Positions 35,312 through 36,364 of a stretch of 36,364 bases of DNA are shown in pieces. Made by a program: the position numbers and the translations under genes. The notes beneath the pieces were generated by a model, which was not told the DNA's origin, did not search any database, and saw nothing but the letters and a program-made list of their open reading frames with translations. The number at the start of each line of letters is the position of its first letter. The first letter of the stretch is position 1. Origin of the DNA: a virus (taxonomy: Duplodnaviria > Heunggongvirae > Uroviricota > Caudoviricetes); the IMG/VR virus record IMGVR_UViG_2711768060_000011. One strand, 5' to 3'.

Positions 35312-36364
35312 ATGAATACAAATGTAGGGCAGATCACATTAATTGATCTAATTTCAATGCTTGAGAGAAAAGAACTAATAATTAACAAGGATTATCAGCG
35401 CGGAAATGGAATATGGCCACCATTTGCAAAGAGTTATTTCATAGACACTATTCTAGAAAATTATCCTTTCCCCAAAATATATTTATATCAAGCATTTGAC
35501 AGGACAAACGAAAGGCCAATTAAAGAAATTGTTGATGGCCAGCAACGAGTAACAACTCTCGTTGATTTTTATAAAAACAAATTTGCACTTACTTCGGCAT
35601 CGAAGAAGTATTCTGGCATGTATTTTAATGATTTGCCCGATGATGCAAAAAGATGTTTTATTAGTTATCAAGTTGAAACATCCACAGTTTATTCAGCAAG
35701 CAGGGCTGAATTACTCGAAATGTTTAGACGAATGAATGCTTATACATCTCCACTAACATCAGCAGAAAAACGGCATGCTACTTTTCAAGGTGCATTTAAG
35801 TGGTATATCGTTGAAAAAGCAGATACCCACGCTGAGCTTTTAGAGATTTATAATATATTGTCACCCAAAATATTAGCCAGAATGGGTGATGCAGAATTTA
35901 TCTCAGATATGGCAATACTCATTGATAGAGGGCTTTGTTCAAAGTCGGCACCTGCAACCGAAGCTATTTATAAAAAATACGATGATGATTTTCCTTTAGA
36001 GAATATCTATAACGAGAGAATTGATTATTTCTTCAATTTATTGGCGGAAGATTTTTCCGAATTACGTAATTCATTTATGATGAAATCGTATGTTGTTCAC
36101 TCATTATTTTGTGCTATTACCGCATTAAAATTTGGTTTCCCCGGAAGTGATGAACTTGAAAATGAACTCGGTTTCACGGCTAACCCAAACTTTGATGTAA
36201 ATCCTTCCCGTGTAATTCCGATTCTCTTAGAGATGGCTGATGCCCATGAAATTCAGGACGAAGATGGCCCTTATGCAGCCTATGTAACAAGTTGTTTATC
36301 ATCAACAACCAAGCTACCACAACGAACCACGCGCACAAAAGAACTGATTAAAGCATTCTTATGA
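35312..36364 (+). CDS. DUF262 (GmrSD N-terminal / ParB-like) domain protein, stand-alone
   Basis: 350-aa AT-rich ORF with AGGAGA Shine-Dalgarno; N-terminal DYQRGNGIW and DGQQR motifs diagnostic of DUF262; no HNH/DUF1524 motif seen in the C-terminal half; stop is the last codon of the window. Confidence 0.75.
   Translation: MNTNVGQITLIDLISMLERKELIINKDYQRGNGIWPPFAKSYFIDTILENYPFPKIYLYQAFDRTNERPIKEIVDGQQRVTTLVDFYKNKFALTSASKKYSGMYFNDLPDDAKRCFISYQVETSTVYSASRAELLEMFRRMNAYTSPLTSAEKRHATFQGAFKWYIVEKADTHAELLEIYNILSPKILARMGDAEFISDMAILIDRGLCSKSAPATEAIYKKYDDDFPLENIYNERIDYFFNLLAEDFSELRNSFMMKSYVVHSLFCAITALKFGFPGSDELENELGFTANPNFDVNPSRVIPILLEMADAHEIQDEDGPYAAYVTSCLSSTTKLPQRTTRTKELIKAFL

Noticed and set aside
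1-36364. Insertion sequences or transposase genes
   Set aside because: No ORF with transposase-like motifs and no terminal inverted repeats flanking a transposase-sized ORF were seen.

Overview
Nearly the whole window (about 1 to 35.3 kb) is one mosaic temperate phage or prophage from an enterobacterial host; its left end runs off the window. Annotation is by reading the supplied ORF translations and the DNA by eye; no searches were run, so family names are recalled resemblances, not database hits. Left to right: two convergent tail-fibre assembly genes and a short tail-fibre gene, a Mu-like baseplate and contractile-tail module, an HK97-like head module, and P27-type small terminase, large terminase and HNH endonuclease, all on the minus strand. 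Then a low-GC cargo island, a lambda-like lysis cassette (holin, R, Rz/Rz1), a lambda-family Q antiterminator, and a minus-strand early operon (Cro/YdaS-like, CII/YdaT-like, O-like initiator with internal iterons, Dam-like methylase, LexA-N-like protein, RusA, KilA-N, DUF968). A cI-like S24 repressor sits on the plus strand, followed by a plus-strand early operon ending in xis and a lambda-family integrase. The main candidates for undescribed biology are accessory genes at classical moron positions: (1) a repeat-containing BRCT-domain protein where lambda carries rexAB, between the repressor and an OL-like operator cluster; (2) an AT-rich stand-alone DUF262 (GmrSD-N/ParB-like) gene just downstream of int; (3) a low-GC island between Rz and the packaging genes with two small membrane proteins and about 750 bp lacking any ORF of 60 aa or more; (4) a 59-aa zinc-ribbon ORF downstream of a tR'-like terminator. 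No rRNA, tRNA, CRISPR array or IS element was recognised.
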